Of a stretch of DNA of 64,000 nucleotides, positions 19,626 through 30,294 are shown piece after piece. This DNA is from Acidimicrobiales bacterium (lineage in GTDB: Bacteria > Actinomycetota > Acidimicrobiia > Acidimicrobiales > Acidimicrobilacustridaceae). The stretch lies in assembly GCA_044339605.1 (NCBI GenBank), contig JBIIVE010000001.1, positions 12,582 through 76,581 of the forward strand, given 5' to 3'. A program made the position numbers and the translations under genes. Each line of letters starts with the position of its first letter. Position 1 is the first letter of the stretch. The notes beneath the pieces were generated by a model that saw only the letters and a list, made by a program, of their open reading frames with translations, made no database searches and was not told the origin of the DNA.

Positions 19626-21301
19626 GACGGATCTCCAAACGGCGGCGGCGGAATGAACCTAGGGCCTTCAGATCCAACGTCATCTGGATGAGGTTCAGGG
19701 ATGGGACCAGCCGGTCGAAGATCAATCGGCGTGAAATCCAAAGCTTGAGGATCCGGAGGATTGGGCCGCGACGGATGGTCTGATTCGCCAGCGCGCTTCA
19801 CGCGTTGTCCGGCGCGCAACGAAGCGGCTGCTACGAAACCCGCGGCGATGATGATCAGTGCAGCAAGCCACAGCGCGAGTCGAACGCCTGGGAGTTCCAC
19901 CGTTATGCCAGCAACGTTGATGCGATTATTAATCAACGTTGATGCCATGCGTCCAAGAATTGCTGCAAGTAGTGGGCCAGCAACCATTGCAATCAGCACG
20001 CACATACGAACCAGCGTGTTCAGCGAACTGAACACGCGTCCACGGAGATCGTCGGCGACTTCCTGTTGCAGCATTGCGAAGCCGAGTACATACACGGGAC
20101 CGACGGCAATACCCATCAGACCAACAAAAATCACTGCAGCCCACAATGAAGAAGAAGAGGCTGCACAGAACAACGAGATGCCAGCAGCGAATAACGCAGC
20201 GGTGAAGGTGGTGGTTTGTGGCAATCGCTTTTGGAACACCGACACACCAACCACACCGATGGCAACGCCGAAACCAAGTGAAGTGGTGAACAATCCATAG
20301 CCAGCAGCGCCAGCATCGAGAACTTCAGTAGAAAACACCGCTCCGAGCGGGATGAGCATGCCGCCACCGATAAGACCGGTCGCGAGACCCAAGTTCACTG
20401 CGCGAACAGTGTGGTTCTTCCAGATTTCGTTCCAGCCCTCGCGGAGTTCTTCGAGAGTGGCTTTTATGTCGACACGACGTTCATCATCAGCCGTGGACTT
20501 CACGCGTCTTTCGCGCTTTGGCAATGCCAAGCGGCTGATCATCCACGCAGAGAACAAAAAGGTCATGGCATCGACATAAAACGCGAAGGCCATCTGATTG
20601 GTCTCGAGCCATCCCAGACCAGGAATATTTCCGATCCACACTGACAAACCAGCGAGCAATGCAAACAGCAATGCGGCGAACGGGAAGGTTCCGTAGGCGG
20701 CAGCAAGTGAAAGTGAATTCGCGGTTGTGAGATGTTCGCGAGGAACAAGGTTTGGAACTTCTGAATCCTTTGCTGGTCCCCACAACAGCGTGAGCACTTC
20801 AAGCACAAGCGACGCAAGTACAAGGCCGATGACGTCGCTCACAAACGGAAGCATCACCATCACAAGTGCGCGACCGATATCGCAAGAGACCATGACTTTC
20901 TTGCGGTCCCACCGATCGACAAGCACACCTGCAAGCGGTCCAAAGAAGAAGCCCGGCACAATGCGTGCCGCCATCACCAGCGAGATCGCACCGGCGCCCG
21001 CGCCACCGCCGATGGTCGCGGCCAAAAGGATGATCGCCGAGAAGCCGAGCCAGTCGCCGGTAGCCGATACGACCTGCACAAGCCAGAGGCGGAAGAACTC
21101 ATGGCTGCCGAAGAGCCGCACATGGAACCCCGGACGATCCGAGGGGTCCTTGGTGAAAATGGTTTCGGTGTCTTCGCCGAAAAGCGAGGCCCGTGTCCAG
21201 CCCGGGATGGTCGCGTCAGCGTCGGGGCCAAGGGCCTCGACGGGCGTTGCATCCTCGGGGGGATCGGCGTCGTCCCGAGGTCCGGGGCGAGGCACAGCCA
21301 T
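19622..21301 (-). CDS. MFS transporter (H+ antiporter/macrolide-efflux-like)
   Basis: About 12 hydrophobic segments, GVLVDRWDRKKVM motif A, RGRVFS. Confidence 0.9.
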   Translation of the reverse strand: MAVPRPGPRDDADPPEDATPVEALGPDADATIPGWTRASLFGEDTETIFTKDPSDRPGFHVRLFGSHEFFRLWLVQVVSATGDWLGFSAIILLAATIGGGAGAGAISLVMAARIVPGFFFGPLAGVLVDRWDRKKVMVSCDIGRALVMVMLPFVSDVIGLVLASLVLEVLTLLWGPAKDSEVPNLVPREHLTTANSLSLAAAYGTFPFAALLFALLAGLSVWIGNIPGLGWLETNQMAFAFYVDAMTFLFSAWMISRLALPKRERRVKSTADDERRVDIKATLEELREGWNEIWKNHTVRAVNLGLATGLIGGGMLIPLGAVFSTEVLDAGAAGYGLFTTSLGFGVAIGVVGVSVFQKRLPQTTTFTAALFAAGISLFCAASSSSLWAAVIFVGLMGIAVGPVYVLGFAMLQQEVADDLRGRVFSSLNTLVRMCVLIAMVAGPLLAAILGRMASTLINNRINVAGITVELPGVRLALWLAALIIIAAGFVAAASLRAGQRVKRAGESDHPSRPNPPDPQALDFTPIDLRPAGPIPEPHPDDVGSEGPRFIPPPPFGDPS

Positions 21302-21354
21302 GTACTAAGCCTAGGAGAGGTCCTCCTTGGCTCTGAGCACCTCCCCGAACAGGG

Positions 21355-24186
21355 TCAGCGTTCGGTATCGAGGATCTGTGAGGCGGACTTCTCGACGTTG
21401 GGCCGCTTCGCCGCCTTCTTCGCTGCCTTCGACTGCCCCGCCCCCACCGTTCGAGCGGTCATGAGATCGGGCTTCTGGGCTCGGGATTTGGCGCTCTTCT
21501 TCGCCGTGGCCTTCTTTTTCGCGGCCTTCTTCACGGTCTTCTTGGCCGCCGGCCCACCGTTTTCGGCGATGTAGACACGCCGATCCTGAAGAAGCTCTGC
21601 CCCGCGCTCAGGACTCAGTGTTTCGGGGACATCGCCGACTCGAAGCGAGGCGTTGGTTTCGCCATCGGTCACGTAGGGGCCGAACTTTCCGTCCTTGATC
21701 AACATGGGTCGGCCCGAAGCGGGGTCGATGCCCAGATCGGCCAACGGAGGCTTCGGCGATCGCTTCCCAAACTTTTTCGGTTCGACGAACATGGCGAGAG
21801 CGTCGCGAAGGCTCACCGTAAGGAGTTGTTCCTCATTGTCGAGTTGGCGAGTTTCCGGCTTGTCCAAACCGCCGACTTCCTTCGTCAGATAGGGCCCATG
21901 GGGGCCATTCCGAGCGGTGAACACTGCGCCGGATTCAGGTTCTGATCCGAGATCACGAGGCAGAGAGAGCAACTGCAGTGCCGTCTCAAGTGTCACTTCG
22001 TATGGGTCCATGTCCTTGAAAAGTGATGACGTCTTCGGCTTTACGTCTGTGTCGTCGGTCAATTCACCCAGCTGGACATAGGGACCGAACTTTCCGCTCA
22101 TCACGAAAACGGTGAGACCAGTTTCAGGATCTTCTCCAATGGGCTTGCCGCCCTTCGGCATCGCAAGCAGTTCGAGCGCAACCGCAACCGTGAGATCGGC
22201 GGGTGGCAAGTTCTCGGGTACCGACGCAGTGTCGTCGCCGCGCTGCACATAGGGCCCGAACTTTCCAGGCTTAGCGATGACGGGCATTCCATTGTGATCG
22301 TCACCCAACAAGAACGTGTTGATCGCGGCCGCATCGATTTCCGGAAGACGTTCGGTGACGAGATCACGCAGACCGTCCTTGCGTTGCCCATCAACCATCG
22401 GTCCGAAATAAAACTCGGCAAGCGTTTCAACACTGTTCGCTTCGCCGTTGGAAATTCGATCGAGAATTCCTTCAAGGTTTGCGGTGAAGTCGTAATCAAC
22501 GAGTTCAGCGAAATGCTGTTCGAGAAGCGTTGTCACTGCGAATGCATTCCAACTCGGAACGAGTGCAGAACCTTTCTTCCAGACATAGCCGCGACCCTGG
22601 ATCGTTTCCATAATCGAGGCATAGGTAGAAGGACGGCCAACGCCGAGTTCTTCCATCTTTCCGACAAGCGAGGCTTCAGTGAAACGCGCCGGCGGTTTGG
22701 TGGCGTGACCTTCCGGTGTGATCTCGGTTGCGTCGAGACCATCGCCGACCTTCAACTGCGGAAGTCGACGTTCGGTGTCGTCTTCGTTTTCCGAATCGGT
22801 GTCGTCGGTCCGCCAGTCTTCGACCTGCATCCAGCCGCGTTCAGTAATGACCGTGCCCGCCGCAGAGAACTCAGCATCGCGGCCGCTTGCAGTAAGCGAA
22901 CCGAGTCGAACAGTGACGGTCTCGCCAATGGCGTCGATCATCTGCGACGCAACAGTGCGCTGCCAAATGATTTCGTAAAGGCGAGCTTCGCCAGGCGGAA
23001 CTTCGTTGCGAACCTCTTCAGGCCGACGGAAACGATCACCAGCAGGCCGAATCGCTTCGTGTGCTTCTTGAGCGTTCGCAGCCTTCTTGCCCCACGTGCG
23101 CGGCTTGCCTTCAATCGCCGACGCGCCGTAGCGCTCCGTGATCTCGTGCTTGGCGGCGGCAATTGCTGCGGCAGAGAGATTCGATGAATCGGTTCGCATG
23201 TAAGTGATGTAGCCCTGCTGATACAGGCTCTGGGCCATCGACATGACCTGCTTAGCCGAGACCTTGAGGCGACGACCGGCAACCTGCTGCAACGTCGAGG
23301 TAGTGAACGGAGCAAACGGGCGCTTGCGATAAGGCTTGGATTCAACACTGCGAACAGAGAACGGTGACGTCTGCAGTTCGGCAGCGAGCGCACGAACTGT
23401 TTCTTCATTGAGGATGATGCGGTCGTCGCGAGTCAGCGCGCCGTCGTCATTGAAATCGTTTCCGGTTGCAACGCGCATGCCATCGAGTGCAATGAGCTTG
23501 GCCCCGAATGGAGTCGGTTCCGATGACGCAGCGAAGACACCCTTAATGTCCCACCAGTCGGCGGAAACGAACGCCATGATCTCGCGTTCGCGTTCCACAA
23601 CAAGACGCGTGGCAACGCTCTGCACTCGACCAGCGGACAATCCGCGGTTGACCTTCTTCCACAAAACCTGTGAAAGGTCGTAGCCAGCGAGGCGATCAAG
23701 AAGTCGACGCGTTTCTTGAGCATCGACAAGCAACTGATCGAGTTCACGCGGATTGGCAAACGCTTCACGGATTGCTGGCGCAGTGATCTCATGGAACACC
23801 ATGCGATACACCGGCATGTCCTTCGGCGGCTTCAAGACCTGCAACAGATGCCACGCGATGGCTTCACCTTCGCGATCCTCATCGGTTGCGAGATAGAGCG
23901 CATCAGCGTTCTTCAGTGCACGACGAAGTTCGGCAACTGTGTCCTTCTTCTTGTCGTACACCTTGTAATAGGGCTTGAAGTCGTCATCGGGATCAATGCC
24001 CAGGTACGACCACCACTCCTTCTGTTTGCCCTCGGGAAGCTCTTTCGCTTTGGAAACGAGATCTCGGATGTGGCCAACAGACGCAATAACGGTCGGCGAA
24101 GCGCCACCGGTGTCCTCGCCGCGGAGGAATTCGGTGATCTTCTTCGCCTTGGTGGGCGATTCGACAATGACGAGGGGACCGGCCAT
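21355..24186 (-). CDS. topA: DNA topoisomerase I (actinobacterial type, Lys/Ala-rich tail)
   Basis: LVIVESPTKAK, ATDEDREGEAI, SAGRVQS, GYITYMRTDS, GKFGPY repeats. Confidence 0.97.
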   Translation of the reverse strand: MAGPLVIVESPTKAKKITEFLRGEDTGGASPTVIASVGHIRDLVSKAKELPEGKQKEWWSYLGIDPDDDFKPYYKVYDKKKDTVAELRRALKNADALYLATDEDREGEAIAWHLLQVLKPPKDMPVYRMVFHEITAPAIREAFANPRELDQLLVDAQETRRLLDRLAGYDLSQVLWKKVNRGLSAGRVQSVATRLVVEREREIMAFVSADWWDIKGVFAASSEPTPFGAKLIALDGMRVATGNDFNDDGALTRDDRIILNEETVRALAAELQTSPFSVRSVESKPYRKRPFAPFTTSTLQQVAGRRLKVSAKQVMSMAQSLYQQGYITYMRTDSSNLSAAAIAAAKHEITERYGASAIEGKPRTWGKKAANAQEAHEAIRPAGDRFRRPEEVRNEVPPGEARLYEIIWQRTVASQMIDAIGETVTVRLGSLTASGRDAEFSAAGTVITERGWMQVEDWRTDDTDSENEDDTERRLPQLKVGDGLDATEITPEGHATKPPARFTEASLVGKMEELGVGRPSTYASIMETIQGRGYVWKKGSALVPSWNAFAVTTLLEQHFAELVDYDFTANLEGILDRISNGEANSVETLAEFYFGPMVDGQRKDGLRDLVTERLPEIDAAAINTFLLGDDHNGMPVIAKPGKFGPYVQRGDDTASVPENLPPADLTVAVALELLAMPKGGKPIGEDPETGLTVFVMSGKFGPYVQLGELTDDTDVKPKTSSLFKDMDPYEVTLETALQLLSLPRDLGSEPESGAVFTARNGPHGPYLTKEVGGLDKPETRQLDNEEQLLTVSLRDALAMFVEPKKFGKRSPKPPLADLGIDPASGRPMLIKDGKFGPYVTDGETNASLRVGDVPETLSPERGAELLQDRRVYIAENGGPAAKKTVKKAAKKKATAKKSAKSRAQKPDLMTARTVGAGQSKAAKKAAKRPNVEKSASQILDTER

Positions 24187-24194
24187 GGAGGGAC

Positions 24195-24224
24195 ACAATG
24201 AGACCCGTTTGGCGGCTCTGTCAA
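24195..24224 (-). promoter_or_regulatory. topA promoter (near-leaderless)
   Basis: TTGACA-18 nt-CATTGT-8 nt-ATG. Confidence 0.65.
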
Positions 24225-24248
24225 TCACAGACTTTGGAACCATGGTCC

Positions 24249-24279
24249 CGGGGACCCCCTTAGGGGGTCCCCGATTTTT
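24249..24279. repeat. 11-bp perfect inverted repeat in the topA/cupin divergent spacer
   Basis: CGGGGACCCCC-TTA-GGGGGTCCCCG followed by ATTTTT. Confidence 0.7.
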
Positions 24280-24335
24280 CTTATCCACACCCCCATTTCT
24301 CAGTCCTGAGCGGGCATTTCGGCCATACTCAGCCC

Positions 24336-24746
24336 GTGACACCTACCGCGGAAAACCCCCCTTCGAACGACGACACCCTTCGCCCCCTCGGCGAGGCCGG
24401 AACCGGCGAGCGTCGCCCCTGGGGTGAGTTCGTGATCCTCGACGACGGACCGGCCGCCAAGGTCAAGCGCATCACTGTTGAGCCTGGCCAACGTCTGTCG
24501 TACCAATCACACGACAAGCGGTCTGAACACTGGATCGTTGTCGAAGGCACTGCCATCGTCACCCTCAACGATGTCGATCACACCGTGCCCGCGGGCCGCA
24601 CAATCGAAATCCCCGTTCACACCAAACACCGAGTTCGCAACGACAGCACTACGCCAGTCGTTTTCATCGAGGTACAGACCGGCACCTACTTCGGCGAAGA
24701 CGACATCGTCCGCTACGAAGACGACTACGGAAGAGCAGGTTCCTGA
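24336..24746 (+). CDS. Cupin, type II phosphomannose isomerase C-terminal-like
   Basis: [37 protein letters not shown]. Confidence 0.9.
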   Translation: MTPTAENPPSNDDTLRPLGEAGTGERRPWGEFVILDDGPAAKVKRITVEPGQRLSYQSHDKRSEHWIVVEGTAIVTLNDVDHTVPAGRTIEIPVHTKHRVRNDSTTPVVFIEVQTGTYFGEDDIVRYEDDYGRAGS

Positions 24747-25978
24747 TGGACTTCGCACTCAGCCCGCGCGCGGCAGATCTGCAACAACGTCTGCTCGCAT
24801 TCATGGAAGAAGTTGTCATCCCTGCCGAGCCAGTGTTTGCCGAGGAAATGCGCGCATCAGGCGATCCGCACTTCCACCCGCACGTCATGGAAGAACTCAA
24901 AGCCGAGGCGAAGAAGCGTGGCCTCTGGAATCTGTTCATGCCGCACGTGACCGAATGGACACCTGAACCGGTCTCGAACGTTGACTATGCGCCACTTGCC
25001 GAGATCACTGGTCGCAGTCCGCTCGGGCCCGAATCAGTGAACTCTGCTGCGCCCGATACCGGCAACATGGAAATCCTTGCGCTGTTCGGAACACCCGAAC
25101 AAAAAGATCGTTGGCTGGTCCCGCTGCTTGAAGGCGAAATTCGTTCGTGTTTCGCCATGACCGAACCCGATGTTGCATCGAGCGACGCGCGCAACATCAG
25201 TCTGAGCATCGTTCGAGAAGGCGACGAATACGTCCTAAACGGCAGTAAATGGTGGATTTCTGGGGCTGCGAACCCTCGCTGTCGCGTTGCCATCGTGATG
25301 GGGAAGACCGATCCATCGGCTCCCACCTACACGCAACAATCCATGGTGCTTGTTCCCATGGATACGCCAGGCCTCACCATTGTTCGCGATCTCATGGTGT
25401 TTGGTTACAACGACCGTGAAGGCCATTGCGAGCTTCGTTTCGACAACGTTCGCGTCCCCGTTTCAAATCTTCTTGGCGAAGAGGGAAGCGGCTTCGCACT
25501 CGCCCAAGCTCGACTTGGGCCCGGTCGCATTCATCACTGCATGCGCTGCATCGGCATTGCCGAACGCGCCCTTGAACTTATGTGTCGTCGCGTCACTGAT
25601 CGCGTCGCGTTCGGAAAGCCGCTAGCGCAACAGGGTGTGATTCAGGAGTGGATCGCCGATTCACGTATTGAAATCGAACAAGCACGTTTGCTCACGATGA
25701 AGGCAGCGTGGCTCATGGACACTGTTGGCAACAAGGGTGCACGCACAGAAATTTCTGCCATCAAGGTCGTCGCACCCAATGTTGCGCTCGCCGTTGTCGA
25801 TCGCGCCATACAGGCGCACGGTGGTGGCGGCGTATCGCAGGATTTCCCATTGGCAGGAATGTGGGCCGGTCTCCGCACACTTCGATTCGCCGATGGTCCC
25901 GACGAGGTTCATCGCATGCAACTCGCACGCCGAGAACTCGGTCGCTACATCGAAACTGGCGATTCCAAGCCCACCTGA
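24746..25978 (+). CDS. Acyl-CoA dehydrogenase (ACAD10/11-like)
   Basis: [14 protein letters not shown]…[22 protein letters not shown]. Confidence 0.95.
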   Translation: MDFALSPRAADLQQRLLAFMEEVVIPAEPVFAEEMRASGDPHFHPHVMEELKAEAKKRGLWNLFMPHVTEWTPEPVSNVDYAPLAEITGRSPLGPESVNSAAPDTGNMEILALFGTPEQKDRWLVPLLEGEIRSCFAMTEPDVASSDARNISLSIVREGDEYVLNGSKWWISGAANPRCRVAIVMGKTDPSAPTYTQQSMVLVPMDTPGLTIVRDLMVFGYNDREGHCELRFDNVRVPVSNLLGEEGSGFALAQARLGPGRIHHCMRCIGIAERALELMCRRVTDRVAFGKPLAQQGVIQEWIADSRIEIEQARLLTMKAAWLMDTVGNKGARTEISAIKVVAPNVALAVVDRAIQAHGGGGVSQDFPLAGMWAGLRTLRFADGPDEVHRMQLARRELGRYIETGDSKPT

Positions 25979-26016
25979 GACAGTTTCCGCGACGCTTGTT
26001 ACCCCACTGTTTCGGG

Positions 26017-27450
26017 CTATTTCGGACTTTTCGGGAGCAGAGTTGAATCAGGAATCACATCGAAGAGTTCCGCGTTCTCCGCAGCCTCGATCGCGAGCTC
26101 TGCAGCACTGGATCGCTTCGCCGCAAGACTCAGCACGAACGCCGCCAGAATGCCTGCCACCACTGAGGCAACCAAGACTCCGACTTTCGCCTCCTCGGTG
26201 AAAAGCGGATCGGTAAACGCAAGCTCGGTCACAAAGAGCGAAACGGTAAAGCCAATTCCTGCAGCCATTGCGATCCCGAACAAATGAAGATTGGTGGCGC
26301 CACGAGGTCGACGAGCAATTCCGAATGCAATCGCAATCGTTGCTGCCCCGAAGACACCCACTGTTTTTCCAACAACGAGACCGAGTGCAACTCCCCATGT
26401 CACCGCAGAGCCCGCTGCAGTTCGGATCGATTCTGACGTCAACAAAATACCGGCATTGCAAAGCGCAAAGATTGGGATGATGACGTAACTCGTCCACGGG
26501 AGCATGCGGTCAACCAGACGTTCACCAACTGGTACCGACTCTTTAATTAAGAACGAAGCTGCGGCGACATCGGCTGCGCTCAACTCCGATTGATTTTCGA
26601 GTCGATCGGCGATTGCCTCTGAATCGAGATCAGGCCTCAACGCATCTGTGGGAGTGAGGAAGCCCATCGCGACTCCGGCCACCGTTGCATGCACACCAGA
26701 TTTCAACATGCAGTACCAAACCACCACGCCGATTGCGAGGTACAACGGGCCGTACCAAATACGGCGACGGCGCATCAGCCAAACAAGAACGAGTAACGCA
26801 ATGGCTGCACCTAACCAAACAAAACTCATTGACTTGCTGTAGAAGATCGCAATAACTGCGATAGCTCCAAGATCATCGGCGACAGCAAGAGAGAGCAAAA
26901 AGAGTTTCAATGCAACCGGAACTCGATTCCCCAACAACGCAACTACCCCGACGGCAAAAGCAATATCCGTTGCCATCGGAATTCCCCATCCTTGGGACGC
27001 GTCTGTTCCTACATTGAAAGCGAAATAGATCAATGCTGGAACGATCATTCCGCCAAGCGCAGCAACGATCGGTAATGCTGCGGCCTTACGGTCACGAAGT
27101 TCACCCTTTACCAACTCACGCTTGATCTCGAGCCCGACCACAAAGAAGAAGAACGCCATCAATGCGTCATTGACAAATTCGTGCAGCGTGAGTTGAAACC
27201 CAACGGGTCCTGCATCGAAAATGATCTCTGCATTCAGAAATGACGCGTAGGAGTCCTTCCATGGCGAGTTGGCCCAGATCAGCGCAATCACCGTGGCGGC
27301 AAGAAGCAAGATCCCGCTAGCGGCTTCAATCGCGAGGAATCGAGCCGCGGGACGGGCCAGTCGACGAGCCACAAAACGATCTGTCCCAAGCCAGGTATGG
27401 CTCCACGGATGGTTCTCGGTTAGTTCTTTGTCGGTCACTCGCACTCCCAT
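26017..27450 (-). CDS. nhaA: Na+/H+ antiporter NhaA
   Basis: NDALMAFFFFVVGLEIKRE, ATDIAFA, LAVADDLGAI, GIGFTVSLF. Confidence 0.95.
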   Translation of the reverse strand: MGVRVTDKELTENHPWSHTWLGTDRFVARRLARPAARFLAIEAASGILLLAATVIALIWANSPWKDSYASFLNAEIIFDAGPVGFQLTLHEFVNDALMAFFFFVVGLEIKRELVKGELRDRKAAALPIVAALGGMIVPALIYFAFNVGTDASQGWGIPMATDIAFAVGVVALLGNRVPVALKLFLLSLAVADDLGAIAVIAIFYSKSMSFVWLGAAIALLVLVWLMRRRRIWYGPLYLAIGVVVWYCMLKSGVHATVAGVAMGFLTPTDALRPDLDSEAIADRLENQSELSAADVAAASFLIKESVPVGERLVDRMLPWTSYVIIPIFALCNAGILLTSESIRTAAGSAVTWGVALGLVVGKTVGVFGAATIAIAFGIARRPRGATNLHLFGIAMAAGIGFTVSLFVTELAFTDPLFTEEAKVGVLVASVVAGILAAFVLSLAAKRSSAAELAIEAAENAELFDVIPDSTLLPKSPK

Positions 27451-27523
27451 ACCCCCTGTCTATTCCGGCGACATCATCAACCGGTTTCTCAAATGTGACG
27501 TGCGTATTACATCTCGATCGTCA

Positions 27524-27883
27524 TTAGGCGATGGACTGAATTGCCTCGGGGACTGATTCGAACACCGGAAGGATCTCAATCACTCTGGTGAGTTCCATGT
27601 CTTGGAGCACAGAGGCTTCGGCTCGGGCCAACGCCAAGTCTCCGCCTCGGGATCGAGTGCGCTTCACGCCATCGAAGATGACGCCGAGCCCGGTCGGATC
27701 CAGCAGATCGACCCCAGCGAGGTCAAGAACGACTCGTGGCGTGTCGGTCGCAGACGTAACACGGATGAGTTCCTCTCGAAGCCGCGGTGCTGTCGACATA
27801 TCGAGTTCGCCGACGATCGAAATGACCACAACTCCGTCGACCGGGGCGGCTACAGCGAGATCAAAAATCACCCGAGAATCCAT
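27524..27883 (-). CDS. STAS anti-sigma-factor antagonist (BldG-like)
   Basis: GELDMSTAPRLRE, VVLDLAGVDLLDPTGLGV; divergent from a DEAH helicase, as bldG is. Confidence 0.85.
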   Translation of the reverse strand: MDSRVIFDLAVAAPVDGVVVISIVGELDMSTAPRLREELIRVTSATDTPRVVLDLAGVDLLDPTGLGVIFDGVKRTRSRGGDLALARAEASVLQDMELTRVIEILPVFESVPEAIQSIA

Positions 27884-27960
27884 TTCGGTGAGCGACCGAC
27901 GCTCATGCGCCGAGAAACGCAAGACTACCGGCCAAACCATGAGGAATCAGGCCGAAGCGA

Positions 27961-30294
27961 GTGGACAGAGGAGTGGCAGAGTCAGACACCGGTCATACGA
28001 TCAGCGCAATGGCTCGGCGCACTCCCCCAACTCTCGATGCATTCGTGACCGCGCTCGGCACCGATCCAAGAGTCGTGCATATCGAACGCTCCCCCGAACG
28101 CAGTGCGCGGTTCGCAACACTTTCCGAGCCACTTCCTGAAATCATCAGAGATCTCATCCCCCAACAAGGGTTGTGGTCGCATCAGGCAGAGGCAATCGAT
28201 CACGCGAGGGCAGGACGCTCAGTGGCAATCGCCACCGGCACAGCGTCTGGGAAGTCACTGTGCTTTCAACTTCCGATTGCTGAAGCCATAGCCGCAGGTC
28301 CGCTTCCAGCCACAGCACTTCTGCTCTTCCCCACAAAAGCGCTCGCCCAGGATCAACTCCGATCGCTCACCGCACTCAATGTTCCGGGCCTCATTGCGGC
28401 AACCCATGACGGTGATTCCTCGCCCGAAGAGCGCAAGTGGACACGTGCGCATGCAAACGTTCTGCTCACCAATCCGGAAATGCTGCACATGAGCATGCTG
28501 CCAGTACACGCCAATTGGGGCACCTACTTCAAGCGTCTTCGGTACGTCGTCATCGACGAACTGCATATGTTGCGCGGAATGTTCGGCAGCAACGTCGCCC
28601 AAGTGCTCCGGCGCCTGCGACGCATCTGCGCGCACTACGGCTCTGACCCCGTATTCATCTTCACCTCTGCGACCATTGGCGATCCATCGGCACTCGCGTC
28701 GACGCTCTGCGGTCTTCCCGTCGAAGCAGTCATCGAAGATGGTTCTCCCCGCGGTGAGCGTTTGTTCGTACTTTGGGATCCTGACGGCATCAACGACGGA
28801 TCCGAGGAGGAGCCGAAATCCGTTTCCTCATCGCGAGACACTGCGGAACTCATGAGCGCTCTCATCAAAGACGATCACCGAACGATTGCGTTCTGCCGCA
28901 GCCGCAAAGGAACCGAACTTGTCACGGCCGACGTTCAACGGCGACTCACAAAGCGTCTTTCGCCCACTGTGCGTTCGTACCGAGGCGGCTATCTCACGTC
29001 AGAACGTCGAGAGATTGAAAAAGAACTCTTCGATGGAACGCTCCGCGGCGTTGTCGCGACCACTGCGCTTGAACTCGGCATCGACGTTGGTGGCCTCGAT
29101 GCGTGCATTCTCAACGGCTTCCCCGGAACGATTGCCTCCATGTGGCAACAGGCCGGCCGCGCAGGGCGCGAGTCGCAGCAGTCCCTCGCCGTGCTGGTTG
29201 CAGGAGATGACCAACTCGATCAGTGGTTCGTGCACAACCCCACCGAGCTTTTTCAACGCTCTCCCGAACCCGCAGTTGTCAATACGAACAATCCCTATGT
29301 TCTCCATCCGCACTTGGCGTGCGCGGCGTTCGAACTTCCGCTCACTGAGGCCGACGAAGCGTGGTGGCCCGAGGTTCTCGACGACGCGATTCGCGAACTC
29401 GTGCAGGACGATCTGCTCAAGATTCGCACGCCCACTGCGCGCGCTGGGCTCGGCGCCGTATGGAGTGGGCGCGGACGACCAGCGAACGGCATTGGGCTGC
29501 GCAGCGCAAATGCCAATGAATTTCGCATCGCCACCGCCGATGGTTCATTGATCGGCACTGTCGACGGTGCACGCGCATTTCGCCTCGTCCACCCCGGTTC
29601 AATTTATTTGCATCAAGGGACAGCCTGGCGAGTCACCGAACTCGACCTCACTGATCATGTCGCAATCGTTGAGCCACACGACGGCGGCGAATACACCCAG
29701 CCACGAGCCGTCACCGACATCCGCATTCTCGAAACTGACCAGGAACGCGAGATCGGCAATGCCACTGTGTGCCTTGGCACCGTCGAAGTAGAAACCACCG
29801 TGATCGGTTACCGCCGGTTCGACACATTCACCCGTGAACAGCTTGGAATGCACGAGCTGGACTTACCGTCATCAAAGCTGGTGACGCGCGCGTTTTGGTA
29901 CATCATCGAGGACCACATCGCGAGTGCCGCAGGTGTAGGGCATGACCAACTACCCGGCGCGCTTCACGCAGCCGAACATGCAGGGATCGGCATCCTGCCC
30001 TTGTTTGCGATCTGTGATCGTTGGGACGTCGGGGGTGTCTCCACTCCATATCTCACCGAAACCGGCGCAGCAACAATCGTGATTCACGATGCGTATCCCG
30101 GTGGGGCCGGCATGGCGGAACTTGGCTTCGCTGCTGCAGACCGACACCTCAATGCAACGCTCGAGGTCATTGAGTCCTGTGAATGCGATTCCGGTTGCCC
30201 TTCGTGCATCCAGTCCCCCAAATGCGGCAATGGCAACGAACCCCTCGATAAGGCCGCTGCGATCGAGTTGTTACGAGCGATGCTTTCTGTCTGA
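27961..30294 (+). CDS. DEAH-box helicase with DUF1998 zinc domain (MrfA/SftH/Hrq1 family)
   Basis: GTASGKS, DELH, SAT, LELGIDVG, QQAGRAGR, CECDSGCPSC. Confidence 0.95.
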   Translation: MDRGVAESDTGHTISAMARRTPPTLDAFVTALGTDPRVVHIERSPERSARFATLSEPLPEIIRDLIPQQGLWSHQAEAIDHARAGRSVAIATGTASGKSLCFQLPIAEAIAAGPLPATALLLFPTKALAQDQLRSLTALNVPGLIAATHDGDSSPEERKWTRAHANVLLTNPEMLHMSMLPVHANWGTYFKRLRYVVIDELHMLRGMFGSNVAQVLRRLRRICAHYGSDPVFIFTSATIGDPSALASTLCGLPVEAVIEDGSPRGERLFVLWDPDGINDGSEEEPKSVSSSRDTAELMSALIKDDHRTIAFCRSRKGTELVTADVQRRLTKRLSPTVRSYRGGYLTSERREIEKELFDGTLRGVVATTALELGIDVGGLDACILNGFPGTIASMWQQAGRAGRESQQSLAVLVAGDDQLDQWFVHNPTELFQRSPEPAVVNTNNPYVLHPHLACAAFELPLTEADEAWWPEVLDDAIRELVQDDLLKIRTPTARAGLGAVWSGRGRPANGIGLRSANANEFRIATADGSLIGTVDGARAFRLVHPGSIYLHQGTAWRVTELDLTDHVAIVEPHDGGEYTQPRAVTDIRILETDQEREIGNATVCLGTVEVETTVIGYRRFDTFTREQLGMHELDLPSSKLVTRAFWYIIEDHIASAAGVGHDQLPGALHAAEHAGIGILPLFAICDRWDVGGVSTPYLTETGAATIVIHDAYPGGAGMAELGFAAADRHLNATLEVIESCECDSGCPSCIQSPKCGNGNEPLDKAAAIELLRAMLSV

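Noticed and set aside
27491-27512. CRP-like AAATGTGA…TTACAT upstream of nhaA
   Set aside because: The spacer is 8 nt rather than 6 and the symmetry is poor; cannot be supported without conservation data
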